Counted from the first letter of the stretch, positions 19,208 to 28,748 are shown. The stretch is DNA of 64,000 nucleotides from an uncultured Alphaproteobacteria bacterium (GCA_902591485.1 CACJAV010000001.1:142945-206944); one strand, 5' to 3'. The notes: generated from the letters alone by a model not told the origin. Program-made: numbers and translations.

Positions 19208-21262
19208 ATGAAAAATAACTGGAATCAAAATGAAGCAAATAATTTTATTAAATCATATAAGCAAAAAAATATATCGAAAGATTTAGCTTTAAGAGTTTAT
19301 ACTACGCAACTGTTAGGTAAAAATAATAAATTAGTTCTTCATGGTGGCGGAAATACATCACTGAAAACAACTGCAAAAAATATTTTTGGAGAAAAAATTG
19401 ACGTTATGCATGTCAAAGGTAGTGGTTGGGATATGGGATCAATTGACTCTCCTGGTCTACCAGCAGTTGAATTAGATCCATTACTAAAAACAAAAAAATT
19501 ATCTAAATTAAATGATTTTGATATGGTCAACCTTCAAAGAAGATGTCTGCTAGACTCAAAATCACCAAATCCTTCAGTAGAAACGTTACTTCATGCTTTT
19601 CTACCTTTTAAATTCATAGATCACACTCATGCAAATGCTATTTTAAGTTTAATTGATCAACCAAATGATGTTGAAATTTGTAAAAAAATATTTGGTAAAA
19701 AAATGGGTATTGTTCCATATGTAATTCCTGGATTTGATTTAGCAAAATTAGCTTACAAAGTTTTTAAAGAAAATGAAAAAGTAGAAGGATTAATTTTATT
19801 AAATCATGGCATATTTACTTTTGGTAATACAGCTAAAGAAAGTTATGATCGAATGATTAAATATGTAACAATAGCTGAAAAAGAGTTGAGTAAATACAAA
19901 AATAATATCTTAAATAAAAAAAATAATTCAAAGAAAAACAACAAATTAAAAAGTCATATTATTTTACCATTAATAAGAAAAAACCTATCAGTTAAAAATG
20001 AAAATGGAGATTACACAAAATGGATTTTCGATATACGAGTTAATAAAAATATACTTAATTATTTAGATCATAAAAATTTAAAAAATTTTACAAGCAGAGG
20101 CACAGTAACACCTGATCATGTGATTAGAACAAAATCAAAACCTCTTATTCTAAATATTGGGAATTTAAATCAAGTTAAAATTGATTATTTGCTTCATAAA
20201 GAAATAGAAAAATATAAAAAAAACTACAAAAAATATTATTTAAAAAATAAAAAATTTGAAAAAAATGCAATTGAGCTTGATGGAAATCCAAGGTTAATTT
20301 TTATTCCAAATTTTGGAATTGTCGCAATTGGTCGATCAAAAAAGGAAGCTAAAATTGCTGGAGACTTAGCTGAAGCTCAAGTAGATATCATTTCGAAGGC
20401 AGAGTCATTTGGAAGATTTTCCTCTATATCTGAAAAAGAAATTTTTAAAGTTGAATATTGGCCATTAGAGCAAGCTAAATTGAAAACTTTAAAAAGGGCA
20501 AAATTAACTAGCAATGTAGTTGTTATAAGTGGTGGTTGTGGTGCTATTGGCTTAGCAATAGCAAAAGAATTTTTAATGAATGGAGCTGAAGTAGTTCTTC
20601 TAGAAAATAACTCAATTAATATAAAAAATACACCAACGGACATTGCAAATAATTGCACTATTATAAAATGTGACGTTACAAATAGTAATAATGTCAATAA
20701 AGCAATTGTAAAAATTGTTGATATTTATGGTGGTATCGACATTATGGTTTCTAATGCTGGAGCAGCATGGCAAGGGGAAATTGGTAAAGTTAATACAAAG
20801 ATACTGAAAGAGAGTTTTGATCTCAACTTTTTTGCTCATCAATACTTATCTCAAGCTTGCATTGATATTATGTTAAAACAACAAACTGGAGGTGTGCTTT
20901 TATTTAATATTACAAAGCAAGCAATTAATCCTGGCAATAACTTTGGGCCTTACGGCATACCAAAAGCATCGACTTTATTTTTAATGAGGCAATATACATT
21001 AGAATATGGAAAATTTGGAATAAGATCAAATGGTGTAAATCCAGATAGAATTAGATCTGGTTTAGTCAGTGACAAGATGATAGCATCCAGATCAAAGGCT
21101 AGAAATGTTTCTGAAAAAGAATACATGTCAGGAAATTTACTAAAGGAAGAAGTTTTAGCTGAAGATGTAGGGAAAGCTTTCCTATCTCTTGCTTTAGCTA
21201 AAAAAACAACAGGTGATGTTATGACGGTAGATGGAGGAAATATTCAAGCTGTTTTAAGATAA
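19208..21262 (+). CDS. Bifunctional class II aldolase / short-chain dehydrogenase (RhaD-SDR, YuxG-like)
   Basis: LVLHGGGNTS, PSVETLLH, DHTH, LLNHG, TPDHVIRTK, then SDR SGGCGAIG, SNAG, YGIPK. Confidence 0.9.
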   Translation: MKNNWNQNEANNFIKSYKQKNISKDLALRVYTTQLLGKNNKLVLHGGGNTSLKTTAKNIFGEKIDVMHVKGSGWDMGSIDSPGLPAVELDPLLKTKKLSKLNDFDMVNLQRRCLLDSKSPNPSVETLLHAFLPFKFIDHTHANAILSLIDQPNDVEICKKIFGKKMGIVPYVIPGFDLAKLAYKVFKENEKVEGLILLNHGIFTFGNTAKESYDRMIKYVTIAEKELSKYKNNILNKKNNSKKNNKLKSHIILPLIRKNLSVKNENGDYTKWIFDIRVNKNILNYLDHKNLKNFTSRGTVTPDHVIRTKSKPLILNIGNLNQVKIDYLLHKEIEKYKKNYKKYYLKNKKFEKNAIELDGNPRLIFIPNFGIVAIGRSKKEAKIAGDLAEAQVDIISKAESFGRFSSISEKEIFKVEYWPLEQAKLKTLKRAKLTSNVVVISGGCGAIGLAIAKEFLMNGAEVVLLENNSINIKNTPTDIANNCTIIKCDVTNSNNVNKAIVKIVDIYGGIDIMVSNAGAAWQGEIGKVNTKILKESFDLNFFAHQYLSQACIDIMLKQQTGGVLLFNITKQAINPGNNFGPYGIPKASTLFLMRQYTLEYGKFGIRSNGVNPDRIRSGLVSDKMIASRSKARNVSEKEYMSGNLLKEEVLAEDVGKAFLSLALAKKTTGDVMTVDGGNIQAVLR

Positions 21263-21270
21263 AATATATT

Positions 21271-22041
21271 ATGCCAATTATATCAAAATTATATTTTAGT
21301 CCTGTAAAATCACTTTCATTTCAACCAGTCAATAAATGTCAAATAATAAAAGATATAGGTATTAAGTATGATAGAGAGATTGCATTTACAAGAAATGCAG
21401 ATTTAAAATTTGCGAAAGAATTAGAAAATAACTCTTACGTTAGAAATCATAAAGATTTTTTATCTTTGAAAAATACTATATCTCTTAATAAATATTCTTT
21501 TAACAGAGAAGAAAATAAATTAACTTTGTATTTAAAAGATGAAAAAATTATTGAAATCAATTTAGATAATAAAGGTGAAAACATTTTATTATGTAAAAAA
21601 TTAGCAGAGATTGAGAAAAAGATTTGTTCACCTACATATTTGCTACAGAACAGAGAATTTCCGTTTTTTGACACAACTCACTCCAAAGAAACACATAATA
21701 CAATTTCATTAATTAATTTGAATAGCATAAGAGACTTATCTAAAAAATTAAATGAAGAAATTGAGTATGAAAGATTTAGGGGCAATATTTATATTGAAAA
21801 TATTGATGCATGGAAAGAAAGAGAATGGATTGGAAAAACAGTTACAATTAATGATGTAAAATTTACCGTTGATTCGCATATACCAAGATGTAGTGCTACT
21901 AATTTAAAACCAAACACAGATATTAATACAATCAATTTACCTTTGGAAATAAAAAAAATTTACAATCATTCTGATATGGGTGTGTATTTAAAGCCTAAGG
22001 ATAATGGGTTAATACAAAAAAATGATACAATTTATGTTTAA
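21271..22041 (+). CDS. MOSC domain protein
   Basis: PVKSL, DREIAF, RFRGNIYI, conserved Cys in PRCSATN, GVY. Confidence 0.85.
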   Translation: MPIISKLYFSPVKSLSFQPVNKCQIIKDIGIKYDREIAFTRNADLKFAKELENNSYVRNHKDFLSLKNTISLNKYSFNREENKLTLYLKDEKIIEINLDNKGENILLCKKLAEIEKKICSPTYLLQNREFPFFDTTHSKETHNTISLINLNSIRDLSKKLNEEIEYERFRGNIYIENIDAWKEREWIGKTVTINDVKFTVDSHIPRCSATNLKPNTDINTINLPLEIKKIYNHSDMGVYLKPKDNGLIQKNDTIYV

Positions 22042-22471
22042 AGTTTTTTTTAATTACAAAAGATTTAGTATTTTTTTATTTTTATTTTTTATCTCTTTTG
22101 CTAAACATACATTATCCAACGAAATTAAACCTTTAGAAGAAATTCTTGATGATAATAATACTAATAAAAATTCAATAAATATAATGAGTAGATGTGCCGC
22201 TATATATGGTGCACTATATTTTATTAATCCTTCAGATACAAATAGTAAAGAATACGAAAATAGATATAAAATATTTTTACAATCTGCAGTTTTAGAAGAT
22301 ATAAAAATAAACAACACAGATGAAGAAGAGTCTTATAAAAAGCAAATTGAAGAATTTAAAACTTCAATCAAATTCTTTATACAAATATATATTCAAAATT
22401 ACAAAAAACATAATTCTTATTTAAAAAATCATTGGCTTGAAAATGATTTCATTATTTGTGAAAAGTTTTAA
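22022..22471 (+). CDS. Hypothetical exported protein
   Basis: Signal-peptide-like N-terminus, two Cys; fills the gap between co-oriented genes; start uncertain. Confidence 0.55.
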   Translation: MIQFMFKVFFNYKRFSIFLFLFFISFAKHTLSNEIKPLEEILDDNNTNKNSINIMSRCAAIYGALYFINPSDTNSKEYENRYKIFLQSAVLEDIKINNTDEEESYKKQIEEFKTSIKFFIQIYIQNYKKHNSYLKNHWLENDFIICEKF

Positions 22472-22480
22472 AAATATTTA

Positions 22481-22966
22481 ATGAATGATTTATTGTTAAA
22501 AAAAACTGTAAAAAAAGTTTCAGACTTTCTTAATAAATTTGATAAAAATATTAAATTAATCGCACTTACAGAAACTGCTAGAACTGCAAATGATGCAGCC
22601 ACATCTCTTAACACAGATGTAGGCTCAATTGTCAAAAGTCTATTATTTAAAGATGCAAAAAATGATTTTCACCTTTGTTTAGTATCTGGAGATAAATTTG
22701 TTTCTATAGAAAAAATATCAAATCTTTTTAATTCAAAAACTACTAAAGCTAATGCAGATGAATGTAAAAAATTTACTGGATTTAGCATTGGTGGCATATC
22801 TCCAGTAGCCCATGAAAATAAACCAAAATCAATCTTGATAGATACTAATTTGAGAAAATTTAATAAAATTTATGCAGCTGCAGGTCATCCACATGTAGTT
22901 TTTGGTGTAACATTTAAAGATTTATGCGACATGACTAAAGGAATTGAAAGTCATATAACGAATTAA
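22481..22966 (+). CDS. YbaK/EbsC family aminoacyl-tRNA deacylase
   Basis: ARTANDAA, IVKSLLF, TGFSIGGISP, AAAG motifs. Confidence 0.9.
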   Translation: MNDLLLKKTVKKVSDFLNKFDKNIKLIALTETARTANDAATSLNTDVGSIVKSLLFKDAKNDFHLCLVSGDKFVSIEKISNLFNSKTTKANADECKKFTGFSIGGISPVAHENKPKSILIDTNLRKFNKIYAAAGHPHVVFGVTFKDLCDMTKGIESHITN

Positions 22967-23000
22967 TTATAATAAAATTAAGTTAAAAGAAAAAAGCAGC

Positions 23001-23894
23001 TTAATTTTTTATTCCCATAAAATACAATAAAGATGTTAAATCTGTATTATTTATTTGGTTTTCAAAATTGGCTTTAACAATATCTTGAGCTTTAAATGCT
23101 ATTGGCAATCCAACTGATAGTAGCATGTTCATATCATTAGCTGCATCACCCATTCCTATAATTTGATCACTATTAATTTTTAATTCTTTAGATATTTTTT
23201 TTACAATCTTTTGCTTGTAATTAGCATTTACTATCGGTCCCACTGTTTTACCATTAAAAAGATCTCCAATAACACCAAATGTATTTGAATATTCTTGATC
23301 AATTTTGAGATAACTTCTAACATAACTAGTAATTGGTTTGAAACCTCCAGAGACCAATATTGTATGTATTTTATTATTTTTTAATTCTTGAAACAATTTT
23401 TTTGCGCCTTTCATAAAAGAAACAATTCGTTTTGCCTCCTCTAAAGATGATAAACGTAATCCTTTTAAAAGATGTACTCTGTTCTCAAGGGAGGTAGAAA
23501 AATCTAATCTACCTTTTAAACCAAGGTCAGTAATTTTTTTTACTTGTTCCCCCTTACCCAAAAATTTTGCAATATCATTTAATGTTTCATTTTCAATAAT
23601 AGTACCGTCCATATCTGTAATTAATACTTTCTTTTTTCTTAATGATGAATTTTGAATACAGAAATCAACTTTAATTTTGTTAACTCTTTTTTTTAAATTT
23701 TTTAATTTAAAATAACTTAAATTATCATTAAAATAATAATCACAAGCTTTATTTTTTTTTAAAACTGATTGTTTTTCAATTTTTATATCTAGAGATAAAA
23801 AAAAATTTCTTATGATTGTTGTTAGTCTTTGATAATTAGTTATTTCGGCATCTTTTAATACAAATGTTAAAACGAAATTTTTATCATACTTCAT
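23001..23894 (-). CDS. serB: Phosphoserine phosphatase
   Basis: HAD motifs DMDGT, VSGGF, K, GDAANDMNM; ATGA overlap with the serA fusion. Confidence 0.9.
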   Translation of the reverse strand: MKYDKNFVLTFVLKDAEITNYQRLTTIIRNFFLSLDIKIEKQSVLKKNKACDYYFNDNLSYFKLKNLKKRVNKIKVDFCIQNSSLRKKKVLITDMDGTIIENETLNDIAKFLGKGEQVKKITDLGLKGRLDFSTSLENRVHLLKGLRLSSLEEAKRIVSFMKGAKKLFQELKNNKIHTILVSGGFKPITSYVRSYLKIDQEYSNTFGVIGDLFNGKTVGPIVNANYKQKIVKKISKELKINSDQIIGMGDAANDMNMLLSVGLPIAFKAQDIVKANFENQINNTDLTSLLYFMGIKN

Positions 23895-25645
23895 ATTACA
23901 ATCGACTTTACTTGATTTACATATTTAATTTTTCTAAGTGAATTTAATAATATTTCATCACATAATTGATCAGTTTGTATTAGAGCTATTGCTTCGCCGT
24001 TTTGAGATACCCTACCTAGATTAAAAGTTGCTATGTTGATTTTATTTTTAGTTAGAATTTGTGTAATATTGTTAATCACTCCCACCTTATCTTTATTAGT
24101 TATATAAATATTAAAATTTCCTAACTCAGCGTCTATCTTAATTCCTTTTATTTCAACTATTCTTGCATTCCCTCCAAAAATTGAACCTGCTACAGATCGA
24201 GATCTTCTATCAGTGGTCACAGTTAACCTTATAAGTGTGTTGTATTCTGATGGATGATCATTTTTTAAAGTTGAAATTTTAATATTTCGTGATTTGGCGA
24301 TTTCAATTGCATTGATAGTATTTACATTATCAACAAATGAAGCTAAAAGATTGTGAACTACGCTTCTAGTTATTAAATCTTGATTTATCATAGAAGCTGT
24401 TCCCTCAAACTCAATTGTAATTGCCTTTATTGCATTTTCAGTTAATTGACCTGCAAAAGATCCAATTTTTAGAGATAAATCTAAATAAGGACCTAAAATT
24501 TTTCTTTCATTACCAGTAATTGAGGACATGTTGACAGAGTTAATCACTGTGTCATTTTTTAAATAATCAGATATCTGATTTGATATTTGAATTGATGCTG
24601 CATTTTGTGCCTCTATAGTAGATGCACCTAGATGAGGAGTAAGAATAATATTATCAAGGGAATGTAATGAAGAATTTGTAAGAGGTTCATTCTCAAAAAC
24701 ATCAAGAGCAGCGCCAGTAATTAATTTTCTTTTTAAAGCACTATATAAATCTTTTTCATTAATGAGCCCTCCTCTTGCAGCATTAACTAAATATGATGTT
24801 TTTTTCATTTTTTTAATTTTCTTTAGGTCAATGATGTTTTTTGTATTTTTCATCAGAGGAAGATGCAAAGAAACAAAATCAGAATTTTTTAAAACTTCAT
24901 CTAAAGAAGATTTCTCAGCATCAAGAGATTCAATTCTTTCAGCACTGAGAAATGGATCATACACCATGACGTTCATTTCTAATGATTTTGCAATTCTTGC
25001 AACTTCAGAACCTATGTTACCACAACCAACTAAACCTATTGTTTTGGATTTTAATTCTATTCCTTTAAAAAGTTCTTTTTCCCATTTTTTTTGAATTGTA
25101 GAATGATGAGCAAAAGGAATTTTTCTAGCAAGAGAAAATACCAGACTAATTGCATGCTCAGCAGTAGTTCTTGAAGTACTTTGAGGAGAATTCATTACTA
25201 CAACCCCCCTATTAGTTGCTGTTGTTACATTTACATTATCAACACCAACACCAGCTCTAGCAATAACTTTTAAACGATTAGATTTTTCAATGATTTTTTT
25301 TGTAACTTTCGTTGATGATCTTACTACAATGCCATCATAATTAGAAATAATAGATAAAATCTGATCTTCTGTAAGATTATATTTTTTATCAATTAATATA
25401 TTATTATCTTTAAAAATTTTAAAAGAAGCATCAGAAATTTTATCAGCTATTAAAACTTTAAAACTAGTCTTACTTTTGATGGATCCAATAGATTGAGCTG
25501 ATAAGTTTGGTTTATAACTATGTTTTTTGGCTAATCTTAAAATCGTGTCTTTAGTTTTTTTACTAATGTCTGGGTAATCATTTAGAGCTCTTGATATAGT
25601 CGATGGATTTATACCAATTCTTTTTGAAAATTCTTTTAGATTCAT
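23891..25645 (-). CDS. serA: D-3-phosphoglycerate dehydrogenase with an N-terminal LacI-family HTH domain
   Basis: aa 1-58 LKEFSKRIGINPSTISRALND...YKPNLSAQSI is a LacI HTH plus hinge; then KVLIADK, RAGVGVDNV, GCGNIG, NAARGG, DVFENEP, TPHLGAST and ASB/ACT-like C-terminus. Confidence 0.92.
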   Translation of the reverse strand: MNLKEFSKRIGINPSTISRALNDYPDISKKTKDTILRLAKKHSYKPNLSAQSIGSIKSKTSFKVLIADKISDASFKIFKDNNILIDKKYNLTEDQILSIISNYDGIVVRSSTKVTKKIIEKSNRLKVIARAGVGVDNVNVTTATNRGVVVMNSPQSTSRTTAEHAISLVFSLARKIPFAHHSTIQKKWEKELFKGIELKSKTIGLVGCGNIGSEVARIAKSLEMNVMVYDPFLSAERIESLDAEKSSLDEVLKNSDFVSLHLPLMKNTKNIIDLKKIKKMKKTSYLVNAARGGLINEKDLYSALKRKLITGAALDVFENEPLTNSSLHSLDNIILTPHLGASTIEAQNAASIQISNQISDYLKNDTVINSVNMSSITGNERKILGPYLDLSLKIGSFAGQLTENAIKAITIEFEGTASMINQDLITRSVVHNLLASFVDNVNTINAIEIAKSRNIKISTLKNDHPSEYNTLIRLTVTTDRRSRSVAGSIFGGNARIVEIKGIKIDAELGNFNIYITNKDKVGVINNITQILTKNKINIATFNLGRVSQNGEAIALIQTDQLCDEILLNSLRKIKYVNQVKSIVI

Positions 25646-25663
25646 ACGAAATCGATTTCGTAT
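25644..25663. promoter_or_regulatory. Candidate LacI-family operator overlapping the serA-fusion start codon
   Basis: Perfect 20-bp palindrome ATACGAAATCGATTTCGTAT with central CG; minus-strand TATAAT at 25680-25675 just upstream. Confidence 0.75.
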
Positions 25664-25711
25664 ATAATGATTAAATTATAAAAACAAGTAATTTTTATAG
25701 ATTGATTATAA

Positions 25712-26626
25712 TTAATGACCTCTGTTTATAACGTCTCTGATGCGACTTTTATTGCTAACAAAAGGCCTAATACCTACTTTATATTCTCTGTAAATAATAA
25801 AGAGTCCAGAGAGAGATATTATTAAAGATCCAATTATTTCATATAAGTCAGGTATATCTCTAAAAAATACATACCCAAAAATAAATCCAGCAATTAATTG
25901 AAAATATTGCAGAGGTGCAAATACGCTAGATTCAAGTATTTTTGATGCAGCACTAATGCATAAACCGCCAGTGCCAGCAATTATACCACATAAAATAAAT
26001 ACATAAATATCAGACCCTTTTAAGGGGACATAGTTATTATAAACTAAGAAAGAACTTAATACTAAACCTGATACAGAACCATAAAAAGCAAAAGCTATGG
26101 ATGATTGATTATTTGCGTACATTCTAATTAATAAAACATTTACAGCTAAAATTATAGCACCAATAAACAATAGAAATAAACTGAATGTAAAATGTATTGT
26201 TCCTGGTCGAGACACAATTAAAACACCTATAAACCCAATTAAGACAGCTAAAATTCTTCTAGGTCCCACTTTTTCTTTTAGAATAAAATAAGAAAAGATT
26301 GTCAAAATTAAAGGAGCACTAAATAAAATAGGATAAATTTCACTGAATGCATGTTCTTTAAATGAATTGATAATAATCGCTGCACAGATTAATCCTAAAA
26401 ATCCCCTTAAAAGTTGAATATGTAATTTGTTATTTATTAAAACTTTCCATCCGCTAATAAAATGAAGAGCAAAAGAAATTGGAATTAAACTAAATAAAGT
26501 AATATAAAAATTAATTTCAAGAACTGGATAATTTTGCACTAAATTTTTTTTGATTATAGAATCAAGTAATACAAAAATTGTATACCCAGCAAAACCAAGA
26601 AAAATACCTGCAAAGTTTGAATTCAT
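25712..26626 (-). CDS. DMT/EamA family transporter
   Basis: About 10 TMs, LKEKVG...GFIGVLIVSRPG. Confidence 0.88.
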   Translation of the reverse strand: MNSNFAGIFLGFAGYTIFVLLDSIIKKNLVQNYPVLEINFYITLFSLIPISFALHFISGWKVLINNKLHIQLLRGFLGLICAAIIINSFKEHAFSEIYPILFSAPLILTIFSYFILKEKVGPRRILAVLIGFIGVLIVSRPGTIHFTFSLFLLFIGAIILAVNVLLIRMYANNQSSIAFAFYGSVSGLVLSSFLVYNNYVPLKGSDIYVFILCGIIAGTGGLCISAASKILESSVFAPLQYFQLIAGFIFGYVFFRDIPDLYEIIGSLIISLSGLFIIYREYKVGIRPFVSNKSRIRDVINRGH

Positions 26627-26641
26627 TTTTTGAATATAATA

Positions 26642-27700
26642 CTAATTAGTAGATAATTTAAAAAGAATTACTTCATTAAATGTACCTAATCGCATTTTTG
26701 GTCCCCATGGCCCTGATCCAGACGAAACATACAATAATGAGTTTCTAAATTTATGAAGATTGTATTTAAACTTAAACTGTATTCTAACAAAATAATTAAA
26801 AGGGAAGATTTGTCCATTATGAGTGTGTCCAGATAACATTAGATCAATTTTTTCACGAATATCTAACCAAATTGCAGGCTTGTGTATTAGTAATAAATTA
26901 TATTTATTTTGTTTTAAATGATTGTTTGTAATTTCAATTTGTTGATTTTTTGAAATATTATCATCGATACAAATTAAATTAATATCATTTAAATTAATTG
27001 AGTTATTAGAAATATAATTAATATTATAATTATTAATTTGAGATAAAAATTCTTTAGAGTTTTTTATATAATATTCATGGTTTCCAGTTACAAAATATAT
27101 TGGACATTGAAATTCTTTAAAATGTTTTAAAGAATTTATATTTATTGATGATGAATCAACTAAATCACCACCAATTAATATAAAATCAAATTTATATTTA
27201 TTTATTTCTTTGATTATTTTTTGTAAGTGTTTTACACTATTTGATCCTAAATGAAGGTCACTAATAAATATAAAAGATTTATTTTCTTTTATTTTATTTG
27301 AAGAAATATTTATCTCTTTTGAAAAAACTTTATTTCCATAATAAAAAGATATTAATGAAATTAACAAAATAATAAATAGAGCAGTAATACCTAAATTGTA
27401 AGCATTCAAAAAACTAAATTTACTCAAAAAATATGCAATTGTTACAACCCAAAAACTAATAAATCCAATACCCATGCCTTCATAAATAAAAATACGAAGT
27501 GGTTTTAAAGATGCATAAGAGCGAAAATAGAAGATAATTAAAATAGAAATTATAATGGTATAATAAAATGAAACCCTTCTATTTACTATTTCATTAAAAA
27601 TTAATTCATTTAAAATTTCGAAAGGATAAACATAAATAAAATAAGTAACACAGAAAACAACAACATAAAAAAGACTATTTTGAAGAATTTTATTCATCAA
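26642..27700 (-). CDS. Membrane-anchored metallophosphoesterase (YkuE-like)
   Basis: N-terminal TMs; SDLH, GGDLVD, GNHE, H, SGHTHNGQ. Confidence 0.88.
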   Translation of the reverse strand: MMNKILQNSLFYVVVFCVTYFIYVYPFEILNELIFNEIVNRRVSFYYTIIISILIIFYFRSYASLKPLRIFIYEGMGIGFISFWVVTIAYFLSKFSFLNAYNLGITALFIILLISLISFYYGNKVFSKEINISSNKIKENKSFIFISDLHLGSNSVKHLQKIIKEINKYKFDFILIGGDLVDSSSININSLKHFKEFQCPIYFVTGNHEYYIKNSKEFLSQINNYNINYISNNSINLNDINLICIDDNISKNQQIEITNNHLKQNKYNLLLIHKPAIWLDIREKIDLMLSGHTHNGQIFPFNYFVRIQFKFKYNLHKFRNSLLYVSSGSGPWGPKMRLGTFNEVILFKLSTN

Positions 27701-27707
27701 TAAAAAA

Positions 27708-27878
27708 TTAAGCGAGCAATTTAAATATATAATAAAAAGATAATAAAACTAAAATTATAGCTACCCATATACTAAGATTTGTAAAAAAAGTTTTTAAATT
27801 TTGATTTGTTTTTATAAAAGCAGGTAAAACTAATAACAAAACACCTATCATGTATATTATTGGTATTAATTTACTCAT
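27708..27878 (-). CDS. Small two-TM membrane protein (56 aa, absent from ORF track)
   Basis: Hand translation MSKLIPIIYMIGVLLLVLPAFIKTNQNLKTFFTNLSIWVAIILVLLSFYYIFKLLA*; fills the gap between co-oriented genes. Confidence 0.7.
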   Translation of the reverse strand: MSKLIPIIYMIGVLLLVLPAFIKTNQNLKTFFTNLSIWVAIILVLLSFYYIFKLLA

Positions 27879-27884
27879 AAAATA

Positions 27885-28748
27885 TTAATATTCTTTTTCT
27901 ATTAACTCACTAACAAGATGATCTCCATAACCTTTATCTTTAGCGGAATGATAAAAATTCATTGCAATTCTAGATAATTGCTCGGCATTACTTGAATCTT
28001 TAAGAAGATCATTAATGTACGTTAAATCTTTTAGAGTGTTATTTACGGAAAAAACATAGCCTTTATAATCTCCCTCAAGTGCTTTATCAGCAATTCTACC
28101 TAAAGCACCTGAATTGCCAGAGCCTAATTTAGCTACATCACACAAAAGATTAATGTCGATATCAAGTTGTTTGGCTGATCTAAAAAATTCAATCACAGTT
28201 GTTGTAGTTAATAAAGATAAAAAGTTAGATAATAATTTTGCTTGAGCTGCTTTTTCAACAGAGCCAAAATTAAAAATATTTTTACAAAAACTTAAAAGAT
28301 ATTTTTTTGACTCTTCAAAATTATTAGCCTCACCTCCCCATATACCTCCAAGTATACCTTCCTCACTTTGAACAGGCCCTCCCATAACAGGATTAACTGT
28401 GTATTTTATATTATTATTATTAAAAATAGATTTCATTTTAGAAGTGCCAGATTTATTATGTGTAGTAAGATCTATAATTAGTAATTCACTTTTAATTAAT
28501 GGAGCTATTACCTCTGCAATACTTAATGCGATAGGTGTATTGGTAACACACATCATTAGACAATTAAGATTATGATTTATTAAATCATTATATGAGTTTA
28601 CCTCAATAGCACCTTCATTAACCAGTTTATCTATTGGTTCTCTATTTTGGTGAGCGATTACATATACATCATTTTGTTTTAATAAATTTTTAGCCATACC
28701 ATACCCCATATAGCCGGCACCGATAAAACCAATTCTAGATTTACTCAT
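27885..28748 (-). CDS. NAD(P)-dependent oxidoreductase, 3-hydroxyisobutyrate/6PGD family
   Basis: GFIGAGYMGYGMA, PVMGGP, catalytic KLLSN, KDL. Confidence 0.85.
   Translation of the reverse strand: MSKSRIGFIGAGYMGYGMAKNLLKQNDVYVIAHQNREPIDKLVNEGAIEVNSYNDLINHNLNCLMMCVTNTPIALSIAEVIAPLIKSELLIIDLTTHNKSGTSKMKSIFNNNNIKYTVNPVMGGPVQSEEGILGGIWGGEANNFEESKKYLLSFCKNIFNFGSVEKAAQAKLLSNFLSLLTTTTVIEFFRSAKQLDIDINLLCDVAKLGSGNSGALGRIADKALEGDYKGYVFSVNNTLKDLTYINDLLKDSSNAEQLSRIAMNFYHSAKDKGYGDHLVSELIEKEY

Noticed and set aside
1-21262. Assigning the island to canonical apiose, rhamnose or myo-inositol catabolism
   Set aside because: Diagnostic enzymes (ApnO, RhaA/RhaB, IolB/IolD) are not recognisable in the window.
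1-25700. Island as a mobile element or prophage
   Set aside because: No integrase, transposase, tRNA attachment site, terminal repeat or phage gene is visible.
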